Assembly: GCA_043814095.1 (NCBI GenBank)
Contig: JBDRKI010000054.1
Coordinates: forward strand, 14,666-78,665
DNA: 64,000 nt
Direction: 5' to 3'
Source of the DNA: Armatimonadota bacterium
Lineage (GTDB): Bacteria; Vulcanimicrobiota; JACPDS01; JBDRKI01
Numbering within the stretch: position 1 is the first letter of the stretch; each line of letters opens with the position of its first letter. Below are positions 1 through 9,191 of this stretch, in pieces. The notes beneath the pieces are model-generated. The model saw only the letters and a list, made by a program, of their open reading frames with translations, did no database searches and was not told the origin of the DNA. Position numbers and translations under genes: made by a program.

Positions 1-739
1 TGCGGCTCGCGTGGTAAGTCTGCTGTATGTAATCAACATTTGACATCTCAAGATGGCTGGGCTTTACCGATCCCAATGCTCCTTCTCCCGCGTAGCCGAC
101 AATTGCCGGTCCTGAATTAGTGGTAGGCACAAATGTAGTCGCTCCCGCGGGTTTTAAGCCCGATGCGTTCGCAAAAGACGCGATCGCTACCTGGTAAATC
201 GGAACTTCGGTCGTAACCGCGTTTTTAGTTACCGGATCAACCATTGTCTCTGTGCCGTAGAGTATTCCGGCTTCATCAAATTTATATCCTGTATATCTTC
301 CGGAATATAATTTTGTTTCGGGATCTAAGCCCATCTCTATCGCTACCGGGTCGCCTGCAAGCTGGCCGTTCTCATCTAATTTATATCCTTTGACTTTTAA
401 ACCGTTCTGGGCTGTTAAGACACCGTCTTTAACCGAGAATTTGCCGTTTCTTGTGTAAGCATCATTTGTTCCGTCAGTGACAACAAAGAAACCGTTTCCT
501 TCTATTGCAAGATCCGTAGGAGATTTTGTCTTTGTAAGCTTGCCCTGTGAAAAATCAACTTCGGTAACGGCGTGTCTGGGCGCAGTTCCGCCGACGGGAA
601 CATATTCGCTGTAAACATCTACAAATTGAGTGTTAACAGCTCTTGCGCCGGGAGTATACATGTTCTGCATATTTTCATAATATGCTTCCATCTCCTGCTG
701 GCTGTAAACCTGCTGGTTATAAATTACATCGTTAAACAT
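1..739 (-). CDS. Flagellar hook/basal-body rod protein (FlgE/FlgG family), 3' end cut by window edge
   Basis: Translated by hand (not in ORF track): MFNDVIYNQQ...DFSQGKLTKTKSPTDLAIEGNGFFVV...YTRNGKF...QVAIASFANASGL...LEMSNVD; SD AAGGGGG upstream of ATG at 739. Confidence 0.85.
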   Translation of the reverse strand, partial: MFNDVIYNQQVYSQQEMEAYYENMQNMYTPGARAVNTQFVDVYSEYVPVGGTAPRHAVTEVDFSQGKLTKTKSPTDLAIEGNGFFVVTDGTNDAYTRNGKFSVKDGVLTAQNGLKVKGYKLDENGQLAGDPVAIEMGLDPETKLYSGRYTGYKFDEAGILYGTETMVDPVTKNAVTTEVPIYQVAIASFANASGLKPAGATTFVPTTNSGPAIVGYAGEGALGSVKPSHLEMSNVDYIQQTYHASR

Positions 740-844
740 AATTAATTCCCCCTTTTTATGATAAGGAGTAAGCCCTACATCCGGATACCTGTCTGTATGA
801 AAAACACAGCCAGATAAGGAATATATGCCTTTTCTTCTGATTAT

Positions 845-915
845 ATTATAGCATTAAAGGTGCGTGATTTTGTTAACAAAATGTTAACAAAATGTTAACA
901 AAATGTTAACATTTT
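845..915 (-). promoter_or_regulatory. Sigma70-type extended -10 (TGcTATAAT) with four tandem 11-bp TGTTAACA boxes over and upstream of the -35 position
   Basis: TGTTAACAAAA at 871, 882 and 893, TGTTAACATTT at 904; minus-strand TATAAT at 850-845. Confidence 0.7.
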
Positions 916-936
916 ACCCTTTATATAATCCTTATT

Positions 937-1821
937 TCAAGCTATTTCTTCCACCAGTTCGGCGGAAATGCCAGATAATACTAAATTCTGGCCCTTTAAA
1001 GCCTCTGAAAGCTCTTTCTCACTGCCTGATATTATGTCTTTTACCACTTTTGATGTGGTCTCAAATTTAGCCGAAACTTTGTTATCCTTTACTTCAAGTA
1101 TGACTTTTAACTGGCCCAGGTATTCCGGGTTCATCCTTATTACTATTTCTTTATCTTTCGCGCCGACGCTTCTTATAAGTATCCGGTCTATAACCTGCTT
1201 TATAACTTCTTCTCTTTTTAAGTCTTTGTTAATTTTAACTTTCTCAAAAACATTCATTTTCTCGGTGTCTTTTTCTTTTGATTCCATTGTTGAGGCGGAG
1301 GTCTTTATTCCTTTTTTCTCCCTTGCCAGTTTATCAAGAAACATTCCAAGCTGTGATTCATCATGCATCCTAATAAGTTTTTCAACTTCTTTTGAATTAA
1401 GGTCATTGATATTCAAACCGCGGGCAGAGAGCATATCTCTTAATTTCGCGGTATCTACTTTGCCTGTATCTAAATCTTTTATTCCTATCATCTGTTTTTC
1501 CGATATGCTTAATGCGTCGGGATTTTTTATTATGAGCTGGTATAGGTAATTTAAAAGAGATGAGAGCCCGAAATCGTTCTGCTGCATTGACTTTGCGAGC
1601 TTTTCAACCTTCTCCTGGTTTTCTTTTGCCTTGGACTCATCATGGATAAGCTTATCCGCCTGTTTCGTGTCTTTTTTTCCCGATGCATCTTCTGTCTTCT
1701 CTTTTAAAAGAGAAGAGAACTGTTTGTCGTCTTTTACCTGATTTTTCTCTTCAAACTTTATCTTGTTCTCGTTCTGCAGAGAAAAAAGTAAAGATGTAAT
1801 ATCGTTTCTGTTGTTATGCAT
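937..1821 (-). CDS. fliK: Flagellar hook-length control protein FliK-like
   Basis: C-terminal T3S4/Flg_hook motif IRMNPEYLGQLKVILEVKDNKVSAKF; position in the flagellar operon. Confidence 0.8.
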   Translation of the reverse strand: MHNNRNDITSLLFSLQNENKIKFEEKNQVKDDKQFSSLLKEKTEDASGKKDTKQADKLIHDESKAKENQEKVEKLAKSMQQNDFGLSSLLNYLYQLIIKNPDALSISEKQMIGIKDLDTGKVDTAKLRDMLSARGLNINDLNSKEVEKLIRMHDESQLGMFLDKLAREKKGIKTSASTMESKEKDTEKMNVFEKVKINKDLKREEVIKQVIDRILIRSVGAKDKEIVIRMNPEYLGQLKVILEVKDNKVSAKFETTSKVVKDIISGSEKELSEALKGQNLVLSGISAELVEEIA

Positions 1822-1847
1822 AATAATGCCTCCTTGTATAATAATAC

Positions 1848-2426
1848 TTAACCCTGTTCGCTTTTAAATTTTTCGTAATACCCTATTACTTTGACAACAT
1901 AATTTCTTGTTTCGGAATAAGGCGGCACCCCGCCGTATCTTTTAACTGCGCCGGGTCCGGCGTTATAGCCGGCAACGGCCAGTTTAACATTCCCGTTAAA
2001 TCTTTCAAGAAGGCCTTTTAAATATCTTGTGCCTCCGAATATATTCTCCCTGGGATCATAAGCGTTTTTAACGCCCAGTGATTTGGCGGTTTCGGGCATA
2101 AGCTGCATTAAACCCATTGCCCCGCACCATGATCTCGCTGTCGGCTTAAAGTTGGATTCCTGTTTTATTACAGCCCTTATTAAAGCCGGATCAACCCCGT
2201 ACTCTTTTGATGCTTCGTTTATAATATCGGCAAAATCGCCGGAAACCTGAACGAATTCTTCTTTCTTTGCGACTCCTTCAATCTGGCTAACGCTGTTTAA
2301 TATAGATGAAAAATTAATGCCTGATGTGGGCACAACGGGCTTTGTTGTTTGTTCAAACCCGCCGAATTTGTTCTGTATGCCCTGAATCTTTGAGTTAATC
2401 TGCCTCATTCTTTCAAATATGCTCAT
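1848..2426 (-). CDS. Soluble lytic transglycosylase (SLT domain)
   Basis: [33 protein letters not shown] and ETRNYV motifs. Confidence 0.92.
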   Translation of the reverse strand: MSIFERMRQINSKIQGIQNKFGGFEQTTKPVVPTSGINFSSILNSVSQIEGVAKKEEFVQVSGDFADIINEASKEYGVDPALIRAVIKQESNFKPTARSWCGAMGLMQLMPETAKSLGVKNAYDPRENIFGGTRYLKGLLERFNGNVKLAVAGYNAGPGAVKRYGGVPPYSETRNYVVKVIGYYEKFKSEQG

Positions 2427-2890
2427 GATTCCTCCCTCTTTTCTTTCCTCGCGTATTTCATTGTAGCCAGCTCGTCTATAAACTTTCTTTCTTCCATGTC
2501 CGCTTCTTTATCAAATTCTTCTTTTTTCTTTTCTTTCAATCTTTCATAAGTCTTGCGCTCCTGCGCGGCTTTAATAAGTATCTCTCTCTGCTTTTCCGCG
2601 GCGCGCCTTGCGTCTTGGACGCATATTTTCTGGTGTTCTATCCTGTCTTCCAGTCTCTCAAGATGCAGTTGGTACATCTTAAGTTCATCTATGTCAAGAC
2701 CGCCCTTGCTTTTTTTCTTTTTTATATATTCAACGCTGTTTCTCTTGTCTTCCTCAAGCTTTCTCAGTTTTTCTTCTTCTTTTTCAAGCTTCCTGAAGCA
2801 GGCCGCGAGTTTTTCTTTTTCCTCGTCTTCTTTTTTCTTTTTCAGTATCAATATGTTTTCTAATTTAAATTTAAATTTCTTTGATTTCAT
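2423..2890 (-). CDS. fliJ: Flagellar export protein FliJ
   Basis: [11 protein letters not shown]-terminus, charged coiled coil, IDELA C-terminus, directly after fliI. Confidence 0.85.
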   Translation of the reverse strand: MKSKKFKFKLENILILKKKKEDEEKEKLAACFRKLEKEEEKLRKLEEDKRNSVEYIKKKKSKGGLDIDELKMYQLHLERLEDRIEHQKICVQDARRAAEKQREILIKAAQERKTYERLKEKKKEEFDKEADMEERKFIDELATMKYARKEKREES

Positions 2891-2934
2891 ATAATTATAT
2901 AATCATCTCTTTTAAATTTTAATATTTTATCAAA

Positions 2935-4266
2935 TTACCGATCCATTAAATCTATAAGTTTATCTATTGTTTCCTTATAGACACTGGGCTCTGCCTTTTT
3001 CTGGCATAAAAATTCATGCACGGACTTTATCATCTTCTTCGCGTAATCCACATCTGAGTTAGACCCGTCTTTATAGGCGCCTATATTTATAAGGTCTTCT
3101 TTTTCTTTATAAGTGGCAAGCACTTTCCGCAAGTCCCCTGCCGCGTCCTGGTGTTCATCCTGTGCAACTTCCGGGAAAAGCCTGCTCACACTCTCAAGAA
3201 CATCAATCGCCGGATACCTGTTCTGCGCCGCAATCCCTCTTGACAGTACGATATGGCCGTCAAGTATTGATCTTACCGTATCGGCAATGGGTTCGTTCAT
3301 GTCATCGCCTTCCACAAGCACCGTATATATCGCGGTTATGGATCCTTTTGTAGAAGTGCCGCTGCGTTCCAAAAGCTTAGGCAGAAGCGCGAACACGCTG
3401 GGCGTATAGCCACGCGTTGCAGGGGGCTCGCCCACGGCAAGTCCCACTTCACGCTGCGCCATGGCAAACCTTGTCACCGAATCCATCATAAACATCACGT
3501 CATAACCCTGATTCCTGAAGTATTCGGCTATCGCGGTTCCCACATAAGCGCCTTTCATCCTTACAAGAGCGGGCTGGTCGCTTGTGGCGCAGACCACTAC
3601 CGATCTTTTTAATCCTTCTTCTCCGAGATCCGTTTCTATAAAATCACGCAACTCTCTGCCGCGTTCCCCGACCAGCGCTATCACATTAACGCTTGCGGTT
3701 GTATTTCTCGCTATCATGCCAAGGAGCGTACTTTTTCCTACACCGCTTCCCGAGAAAATACCTATCCTCTGGCCTTTGCCGAAGGTAAGCAGTCCGTCTA
3801 TCGCCCTTACGCCGGTTGCTATAGGATCTTTTATCCTGGGCCTTGTTATGGGGTTGGGCGGTGAATTATATATGGGATATTCTTCTTCCGTTTCTATAGG
3901 GCCCTTGCCGTCAATGGGATTCCCCAGCCCGTCAATAACTCTTCCAAGAAGGCCTTTACCCACATTGACAAGAAGCGGCCTTCCGGTAGTGCGCACCTCG
4001 CACCCGGGACCTATGCCCGACATCTCGCCAAGGGGCATAAGAAGCACTTTATTATTCTTAAACCCCACGACTTCCGCGTGGATGGGTTTTTTGCCCTCTG
4101 TGGGGTAAACATTACAAAGATCCCCCACCCTTACTTCCGGGCCTTCTGATTCCACGATAAGGCCTATCACCTGGCTTACTTTGCCGTGTACTTTTATAAG
4201 TTTGGAACTGTGGAGGGCTTTATAATACTTGCTTAAATCAAGCTGTTTTTCATTCGGATTCTTCAT
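2935..4266 (-). CDS. fliI: Flagellar/T3SS export ATPase FliI (alternative TTG start at 4290)
   Basis: Walker A GSGVGKST, GERGRE, MDSVTRFAMAQRE and LDGHIVLSR. Confidence 0.95.
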   Translation of the reverse strand: MKNPNEKQLDLSKYYKALHSSKLIKVHGKVSQVIGLIVESEGPEVRVGDLCNVYPTEGKKPIHAEVVGFKNNKVLLMPLGEMSGIGPGCEVRTTGRPLLVNVGKGLLGRVIDGLGNPIDGKGPIETEEEYPIYNSPPNPITRPRIKDPIATGVRAIDGLLTFGKGQRIGIFSGSGVGKSTLLGMIARNTTASVNVIALVGERGRELRDFIETDLGEEGLKRSVVVCATSDQPALVRMKGAYVGTAIAEYFRNQGYDVMFMMDSVTRFAMAQREVGLAVGEPPATRGYTPSVFALLPKLLERSGTSTKGSITAIYTVLVEGDDMNEPIADTVRSILDGHIVLSRGIAAQNRYPAIDVLESVSRLFPEVAQDEHQDAAGDLRKVLATYKEKEDLINIGAYKDGSNSDVDYAKKMIKSVHEFLCQKKAEPSVYKETIDKLIDLMDR

Positions 4267-5080
4267 CGTAATTTTTGCTCGCTTCTTCAAAAGCTATCTC
4301 AAGTGCTTTTAACTGGGTTTCTATAGTGGCATCCACATTGCCCAGGTTAGTGCTTACCCTGCATCCCCCGCGCGTCATAGAAGGGTCTCCTTTTACGGTT
4401 AATATTTCAAGGTCCACCATGCCTGCGAAAATTTCTTTTCTTTCTTCCACTATTTTTTTATCTTCCGGGTTTACATAAACCGTTACTTGTTTTGTGCTTG
4501 ACCCTTTGGCAAGGTCAACTGCTTTGGTTGCCACGGCAAGAACAACTTCCGGATTTATTTTAATCTCTTCTTCCAGAATCTCCTTGACACAGGCAAGAGT
4601 AAGGTCTGCTATCTCCTGCTTTGCGTTCTCCATTATCAGGTTTCTTTCTTCTATAAGCTTATTAAATACGTCTTTAAGATTATCCGCAAGACCCGCAAGC
4701 TCCCTGCGGCCTTCGGCTTTTCCTTCTTCTATGCCCTGCTTCCTGCCTTCCCTCTGAGCTTCTTCAAAACGCTCATGCACAAGCAGCTTGGCAGAGTCAA
4801 TAATTCTTTTGGCTTCCTGCTTCGCGTTCGCGTAGAGCTGCGCGACTTTTACTTTCGCCTGCTCCATTATTTTCTGCGCGTCCTGGGTGGCCTGTTTCTC
4901 CGGGGTATGAACCTTTTTGGTTATCCCGTCAAGCTTCTCCTTAACCTGCTTTGTTTCTTCCGGGGTTACGGGAATCTTCGTAAACTCGGCTTTTTTAACA
5001 TCGATATCTTTTTTAATCGCGGACTTTTTCATATCATCCGGCTTTTCCGGTGTACCGCCCACGCCTTTAATAATTGACAC
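4250..5080 (-). CDS. fliH: Flagellar assembly protein FliH
   Basis: GxxxG repeats (EGRKQGIEEGKAEG), VYVNPED and GGCRVSTNLGNVDATIETQL. Confidence 0.9.
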   Translation of the reverse strand: MSIIKGVGGTPEKPDDMKKSAIKKDIDVKKAEFTKIPVTPEETKQVKEKLDGITKKVHTPEKQATQDAQKIMEQAKVKVAQLYANAKQEAKRIIDSAKLLVHERFEEAQREGRKQGIEEGKAEGRRELAGLADNLKDVFNKLIEERNLIMENAKQEIADLTLACVKEILEEEIKINPEVVLAVATKAVDLAKGSSTKQVTVYVNPEDKKIVEERKEIFAGMVDLEILTVKGDPSMTRGGCRVSTNLGNVDATIETQLKALEIAFEEASKNYDEESE

Positions 5081-5106
5081 GAGACGACCTCCATGAAACT
5101 TTATTC

Positions 5107-6066
5107 CTATTTCACAAACCTTATCTTACCTAAGGCGACCAGCCCTCTTAATATATTTCTTATCTGCTGCTTCGCGGCTATAATCCTGTCATGGGAAACA
5201 CTCTCAAGACTCATGGCATCCCCGCGCAGGGCTTTGGCCGTATCAGGCGGCAGAACATTGTATATCCGTTCGGACAGAACAAGCGAAGAACCCTTAATTG
5301 CCATCGCTATGTCCTTAATATCCGCGAGTCTTAATACCTGCTTTAAAGAAGCTTCATCAACCTTTTCAATGTCTTCATACACGCAGAGATTTCCTTCAAT
5401 ATCATTCGCGAGCTTGGGCGCTTCTTTAACTATGCCTGATATAATCTTCTGTTCGGTATGCCTGTCCGTACCGCTTAATATATCCACCAAACGCTCTTTG
5501 CTTTCTTTAAAATCCGCTCTTCCTTCAACTATGTCTAGCACGCGTTCTTCCAGGACTTTTTCTATCTCCTCTAAAATATCCGGAGGTATTTTATCAATAT
5601 CGGCAAGCCTCTTTGCAACATCACTCTGTAATGAACCCGGAAGCTCCGCCAGAATAGACGAGGCTTTTGAAGAATCAAGCTGGGAAAGTATAACCGCTAT
5701 GGTCTGCGGGTGTTCTTTCCTTACCACCCTTGCCAGCTGAGCCGGGTCTATTTTGTATAAAAACCCCAGCGGCTTATTAATAGAAGAAGCTTCAAAAGCA
5801 GAATCTTGTGAAGCTCCCTGAGTAAACGGACTAGTAAAAGTAACTGTGCCTTCTTTTCCGACTTCCAGTATATTAGAGGTCTCCAAGAATTCGTTTAAAA
5901 TGCTTTCTTTTACTTCTTCCGGTATATTTTTTAGTTTGTTTAATTCTTCCTGTATCTCGCTCTGGGTTGTGCCCAGATCCTCCATGATTTGATTCGCAAC
6001 TTCAGGAGGCAGAGTTGTCAGCAATATAGCTGCTTTCTGTTTGGCCGTAAGATTATCCTTATTAAT
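5107..6066 (-). CDS. fliG: Flagellar C-ring protein FliG, atypical; probable ATT start at 6066 (ORF-track TTG start at 6024)
   Basis: In-frame NLTAKQKAAILL upstream of the TTG; EHPQTIA motif; C-domain aligns by eye without gaps to FliG-C; located between fliF and fliH. Confidence 0.85.
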   Translation of the reverse strand: MNKDNLTAKQKAAILLTTLPPEVANQIMEDLGTTQSEIQEELNKLKNIPEEVKESILNEFLETSNILEVGKEGTVTFTSPFTQGASQDSAFEASSINKPLGFLYKIDPAQLARVVRKEHPQTIAVILSQLDSSKASSILAELPGSLQSDVAKRLADIDKIPPDILEEIEKVLEERVLDIVEGRADFKESKERLVDILSGTDRHTEQKIISGIVKEAPKLANDIEGNLCVYEDIEKVDEASLKQVLRLADIKDIAMAIKGSSLVLSERIYNVLPPDTAKALRGDAMSLESVSHDRIIAAKQQIRNILRGLVALGKIRFVK

Positions 6067-6073
6067 TTTAAAT

Positions 6074-7675
6074 TCACCTCTCTCTATCGGCCAACCAGGT
6101 GCTCTTTAAAAGTTCAGCAACTCGAGTGGGTTTCTCCTTTGCCAGCATTTCTAACTTAAAAGCGGTACTTGTTCCTGTATTCTCGCGGTTCCCCGCATCT
6201 ATCTGTGTAGCTGAGGGTATGTTCTGGGTGTTAAACCTTACTTCGGGTATAACATTTCTCTGTCTCAGCATGAAGTATGCCGCTATTATTATCAGCATTA
6301 ACATCGGTGTTAAAGCAAGTGTCAGGAGCAGTGCGCTGTTTAACGCGGGATTCGCGCTTACCGGATTAGCGGGTACTTTGCCGCTTATCAGATTTTCTCT
6401 CATATTCTGGAATAAAGCAGATGAGAAAGGTATGCTTACAACAGCTACTTTATCTCCTCTTGCTTCATCTATGCCGATAGCGCCTGCCACTAATTCTTTA
6501 ATATTGCCTGCTTCGCTCGGCTGGAGGTTGTCCACCGCTACGCTTGCCGTTATTCTCTTAATTTCCCCGGCGGCCGTTACAGTTCTTTTTGTAACTTTAT
6601 CTACAGCGTATGTAGACTTATCGGACTTCTTCACATATTGACCTTGAGATCCTTTTAAGTCTGTTGCTCCTCCTATCTGAGTAGCATCTTTGGCTTCGGG
6701 CATATTGGAGAACGATTCCTCGGAAGTATCTTCCTTGGCTTTTACCGTGCCCTCTACATTGGCGGGACCGCCGTATGTTTCTGATGTCATATCGCTCTGT
6801 GAGTTATCAAACTCAACATTTAAAGCTACGGTATATTTGTTGGGGTCCAGCACGCCGTTTAATGCTTCTCTTACTTTTTCCTTGAGTCTATTCTCGTAGG
6901 CGATCGCTTTCTCCTCCCCAACCGGCTGCATTGCCATGCCTTCTTTGCCGAGGTATTTTGTGTCAACGGCGTAAGGAACGCCGTCCATTCCTATAATCTT
7001 AACGTTTTCCACCGGCAGGTTGCGTACTGAGTTTGCCACAAAGTGGGCAATACCTGCAACCTGAGCGGGATTTAATCTTTCATAACCGGGCTGGAGTTTT
7101 ACCATAACCGCGGCTGTTGCCTGATTATCATTTCCGAAAAGTACTTCTTTAGGGGTAGTGATTTTAACTATGGCGTCCGCGACACCCTGTATCTCTCTTA
7201 TGCCGTATATAAGCTGGGCTTCCAGTTTTTCTTTATTGTTCTGCTCCAGTTCCTGAGGAGACTGGGGCATAAAACCCTCTTTTGGCGCGGATATCGCAAC
7301 AGGAGTCCTGGGCAGGCCGTATAAAGCAAGGTCCATCCTGGCTTTATTTAACTGCCCGGGAGAAACTAAAATAGTTCTTCCCGTAGTATCAATCTCATAA
7401 GAGATTTTCATTGTCCCCAGTTTATCCGCTATAGCCTTAACGTCATTGGGGTTAAGCTCGGAATAAAGAGGAACAAAAGTGTTGACTTTAATAAATACAT
7501 TGATAATTAAAGCCAATGCTATAATCCCCACTATCACCGAGGTGCCTATGAGTTTCTGTTTCGGCGTAAGCGACTTGAGTTTATCAAGCAGCCCTCCGAA
7601 AAAGGAACCCGCGCCCTGAGGACCCTGGGTGGGCAGTCCGCCCGTTCTTAAATTTGTTTTGATATTAGTAGCCAT
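6074..7675 (-). CDS. fliF: Flagellar M-ring protein FliF
   Basis: Two TM segments, PLYSEL, ATAAVMVKL, AIGIDEARGDKVAV and C-terminal VAELLKSTWL. Confidence 0.9.
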   Translation of the reverse strand: MATNIKTNLRTGGLPTQGPQGAGSFFGGLLDKLKSLTPKQKLIGTSVIVGIIALALIINVFIKVNTFVPLYSELNPNDVKAIADKLGTMKISYEIDTTGRTILVSPGQLNKARMDLALYGLPRTPVAISAPKEGFMPQSPQELEQNNKEKLEAQLIYGIREIQGVADAIVKITTPKEVLFGNDNQATAAVMVKLQPGYERLNPAQVAGIAHFVANSVRNLPVENVKIIGMDGVPYAVDTKYLGKEGMAMQPVGEEKAIAYENRLKEKVREALNGVLDPNKYTVALNVEFDNSQSDMTSETYGGPANVEGTVKAKEDTSEESFSNMPEAKDATQIGGATDLKGSQGQYVKKSDKSTYAVDKVTKRTVTAAGEIKRITASVAVDNLQPSEAGNIKELVAGAIGIDEARGDKVAVVSIPFSSALFQNMRENLISGKVPANPVSANPALNSALLLTLALTPMLMLIIIAAYFMLRQRNVIPEVRFNTQNIPSATQIDAGNRENTGTSTAFKLEMLAKEKPTRVAELLKSTWLADRER

Positions 7676-7707
7676 AATTATTCACGCCCCTTTATGAATA
7701 AATTAAA

Positions 7708-8025
7708 TTATATCTGCATCTGCATCAGCGTTTTGAAATCCATCGCCAATGAGCTCATGACTTTCGTTGCCAGTTTTAAAAGCACATCTGCTTTCGCGTT
7801 TTCAATTGAAATTCTATGCAGATTGTCAATATCTCCCGTAGCAAGATCTCCCGCCAGTTTGTCGGGAGCCGCAACGGCTTCCGTTACTTTGGATAATTCA
7901 TTCGTTAAGAATGATGCAAAACTGCCTTCTCCCGAAGCAACGGGACTCGTTGAATTCTGTGTAAAGATACTCGAAAAATCGCCTAACGGCTGTATCGGTT
8001 GTATCGGTAAAAACGGACTACTCAT
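7708..8025 (-). CDS. fliE: Flagellar hook-basal body protein FliE
   Basis: SFASFL...LATGDIDNLH...LMQMQI C-terminus; between flgC and fliF. Confidence 0.85.
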   Translation of the reverse strand: MSSPFLPIQPIQPLGDFSSIFTQNSTSPVASGEGSFASFLTNELSKVTEAVAAPDKLAGDLATGDIDNLHRISIENAKADVLLKLATKVMSSLAMDFKTLMQMQI

Positions 8026-8040
8026 ATTAAATCCCCCTCC

Positions 8041-8496
8041 TTACGCGTTTCTTCCTATATCTAACGCTCTCATTGCCATATATTTTGTAGCGTCAACAAC
8101 GGCGGCATTTGCTTCATAAGCTCTGCTTGCCGTTATGAGGTTTGTCATTTCTTCTATTATATTAATGCTGCTTTTCGCAACATACCCTTTCCACTTGCCT
8201 TCTGTTATCGCAAGCGGGTTGTCGGGATCATATACATATTTAGTTTCTGAATCTACTTCCGTAATACCTGCAACTTCGACGCCCGAACCGGATGAAAGAC
8301 CGGAGCCCATGGATGCCTGCACGAAAGGAGGCAGGAACTGCGCGAAAGTCGGGGCCCCTTCAGGCCTTATAATCGCAACCTGCTTCTTGCTTCCGGGAAC
8401 ATTGCCGTGAGCTATATTGTGGCTTATAACATCCATCTGGGTCTGGGCCACATTCATTCCCTGTGCCGCTGCGTCAAATGATTTAAATATACCCAT
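8041..8496 (-). CDS. flgC: Flagellar basal-body rod protein FlgC
   Basis: ISHNIAH, YVYDPDNPLA, GYV and EEMTNLITASRAYEAN...ALDIGR. Confidence 0.9.
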   Translation of the reverse strand: MGIFKSFDAAAQGMNVAQTQMDVISHNIAHGNVPGSKKQVAIIRPEGAPTFAQFLPPFVQASMGSGLSSGSGVEVAGITEVDSETKYVYDPDNPLAITEGKWKGYVAKSSINIIEEMTNLITASRAYEANAAVVDATKYMAMRALDIGRNA

Positions 8497-8517
8497 AAGA
8501 TTCCTCCTTAAACACCA

Positions 8518-8910
8518 TTAACCCTGGAACATGCTAAGTACGGTATTTAATCTAGAAAACATTTTTCCAATACCCTGTGAAACTATAGTCTGGTACCATA
8601 TCTGGTTCTTCGCGAGATTTGACATCTCTGTATTAATATTAACTTTACCGCCTGTGGAGTAAACGGCCGGCTGGATGCTTGCCAGATCATTGAGAATCAT
8701 TCCTCCGTTATATGAGGCAAGCTGGCAGCCGTTATTGTTTTCCGCCTGCGCGATATAATCTTTCATAATATCTTCAAACGCAACCGCGCGTGAAGTATAA
8801 TTAGGCGTATTAATGTTAGCAATGTTATTTGATATAACATCATTGCGCAGGCTTGCCGCGTCCAGCGCTTTTGTTAATATTTCCAGATTCATGTTGCTGA
8901 AAAGATCCAT
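8518..8910 (-). CDS. flgB: Flagellar basal-body rod protein FlgB
   Basis: KALDAASLRNDVISNNIANINTPNY and VNINTEMSNLAKNQIWY; ATG at 8910 has SD AAGGTGGTG. Confidence 0.9.
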   Translation of the reverse strand: MDLFSNMNLEILTKALDAASLRNDVISNNIANINTPNYTSRAVAFEDIMKDYIAQAENNNGCQLASYNGGMILNDLASIQPAVYSTGGKVNINTEMSNLAKNQIWYQTIVSQGIGKMFSRLNTVLSMFQG

Positions 8911-9010
8911 AATTTTTACACCACCTTTTGTACTTTTATAGTACAAACATATATGTAATAATACACAACTTTTACCCCTCCCGAGAGAGGTGTTCTTTTC
9001 TTCTGTCTAT

Positions 9011-9069
9011 ATAATACAACATTTATATTAACATTCTGTTACAAAAATGTTAACAAATTGTTAACATTT
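9011..9069 (-). promoter_or_regulatory. flgB operon promoter with four phased TGTTAACA-like boxes (11-bp period)
   Basis: TATTAACA at 9026, TGTTACAA at 9037, TGTTAACA at 9048 and 9059; minus-strand TATTAT at 9016-9011. Confidence 0.65.
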
Positions 9070-9191
9070 CGGCCCTTTTAATTTTTTTTTTGAGTGCAAA
9101 AAAAGGCTAAAAGTTAGATATTTTCCTTATTTTAAGCTGTTTTTTAAGAAAAAACATGGTTCTTTTTTGAAAATCCCCCCAAAAAAAATTT

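Noticed and set aside
786-816. Hairpin in the 5' leader of the hook/rod gene as a c-di-GMP riboswitch
   Set aside because: It is an imperfect single stem without recognisable GEMM or class II conserved nucleotides.
871-915. Tandem repeat as a CRISPR array or iteron origin
   Set aside because: The units are 11 bp with no spacers and there are no cas or rep genes. A second phased copy upstream of flgB points to an operator.
968-8410. Many plus-strand ORFs over the flagellar cluster, and similar antisense ORFs elsewhere
   Set aside because: They are antisense shadows of well-supported genes and show no independent motifs.
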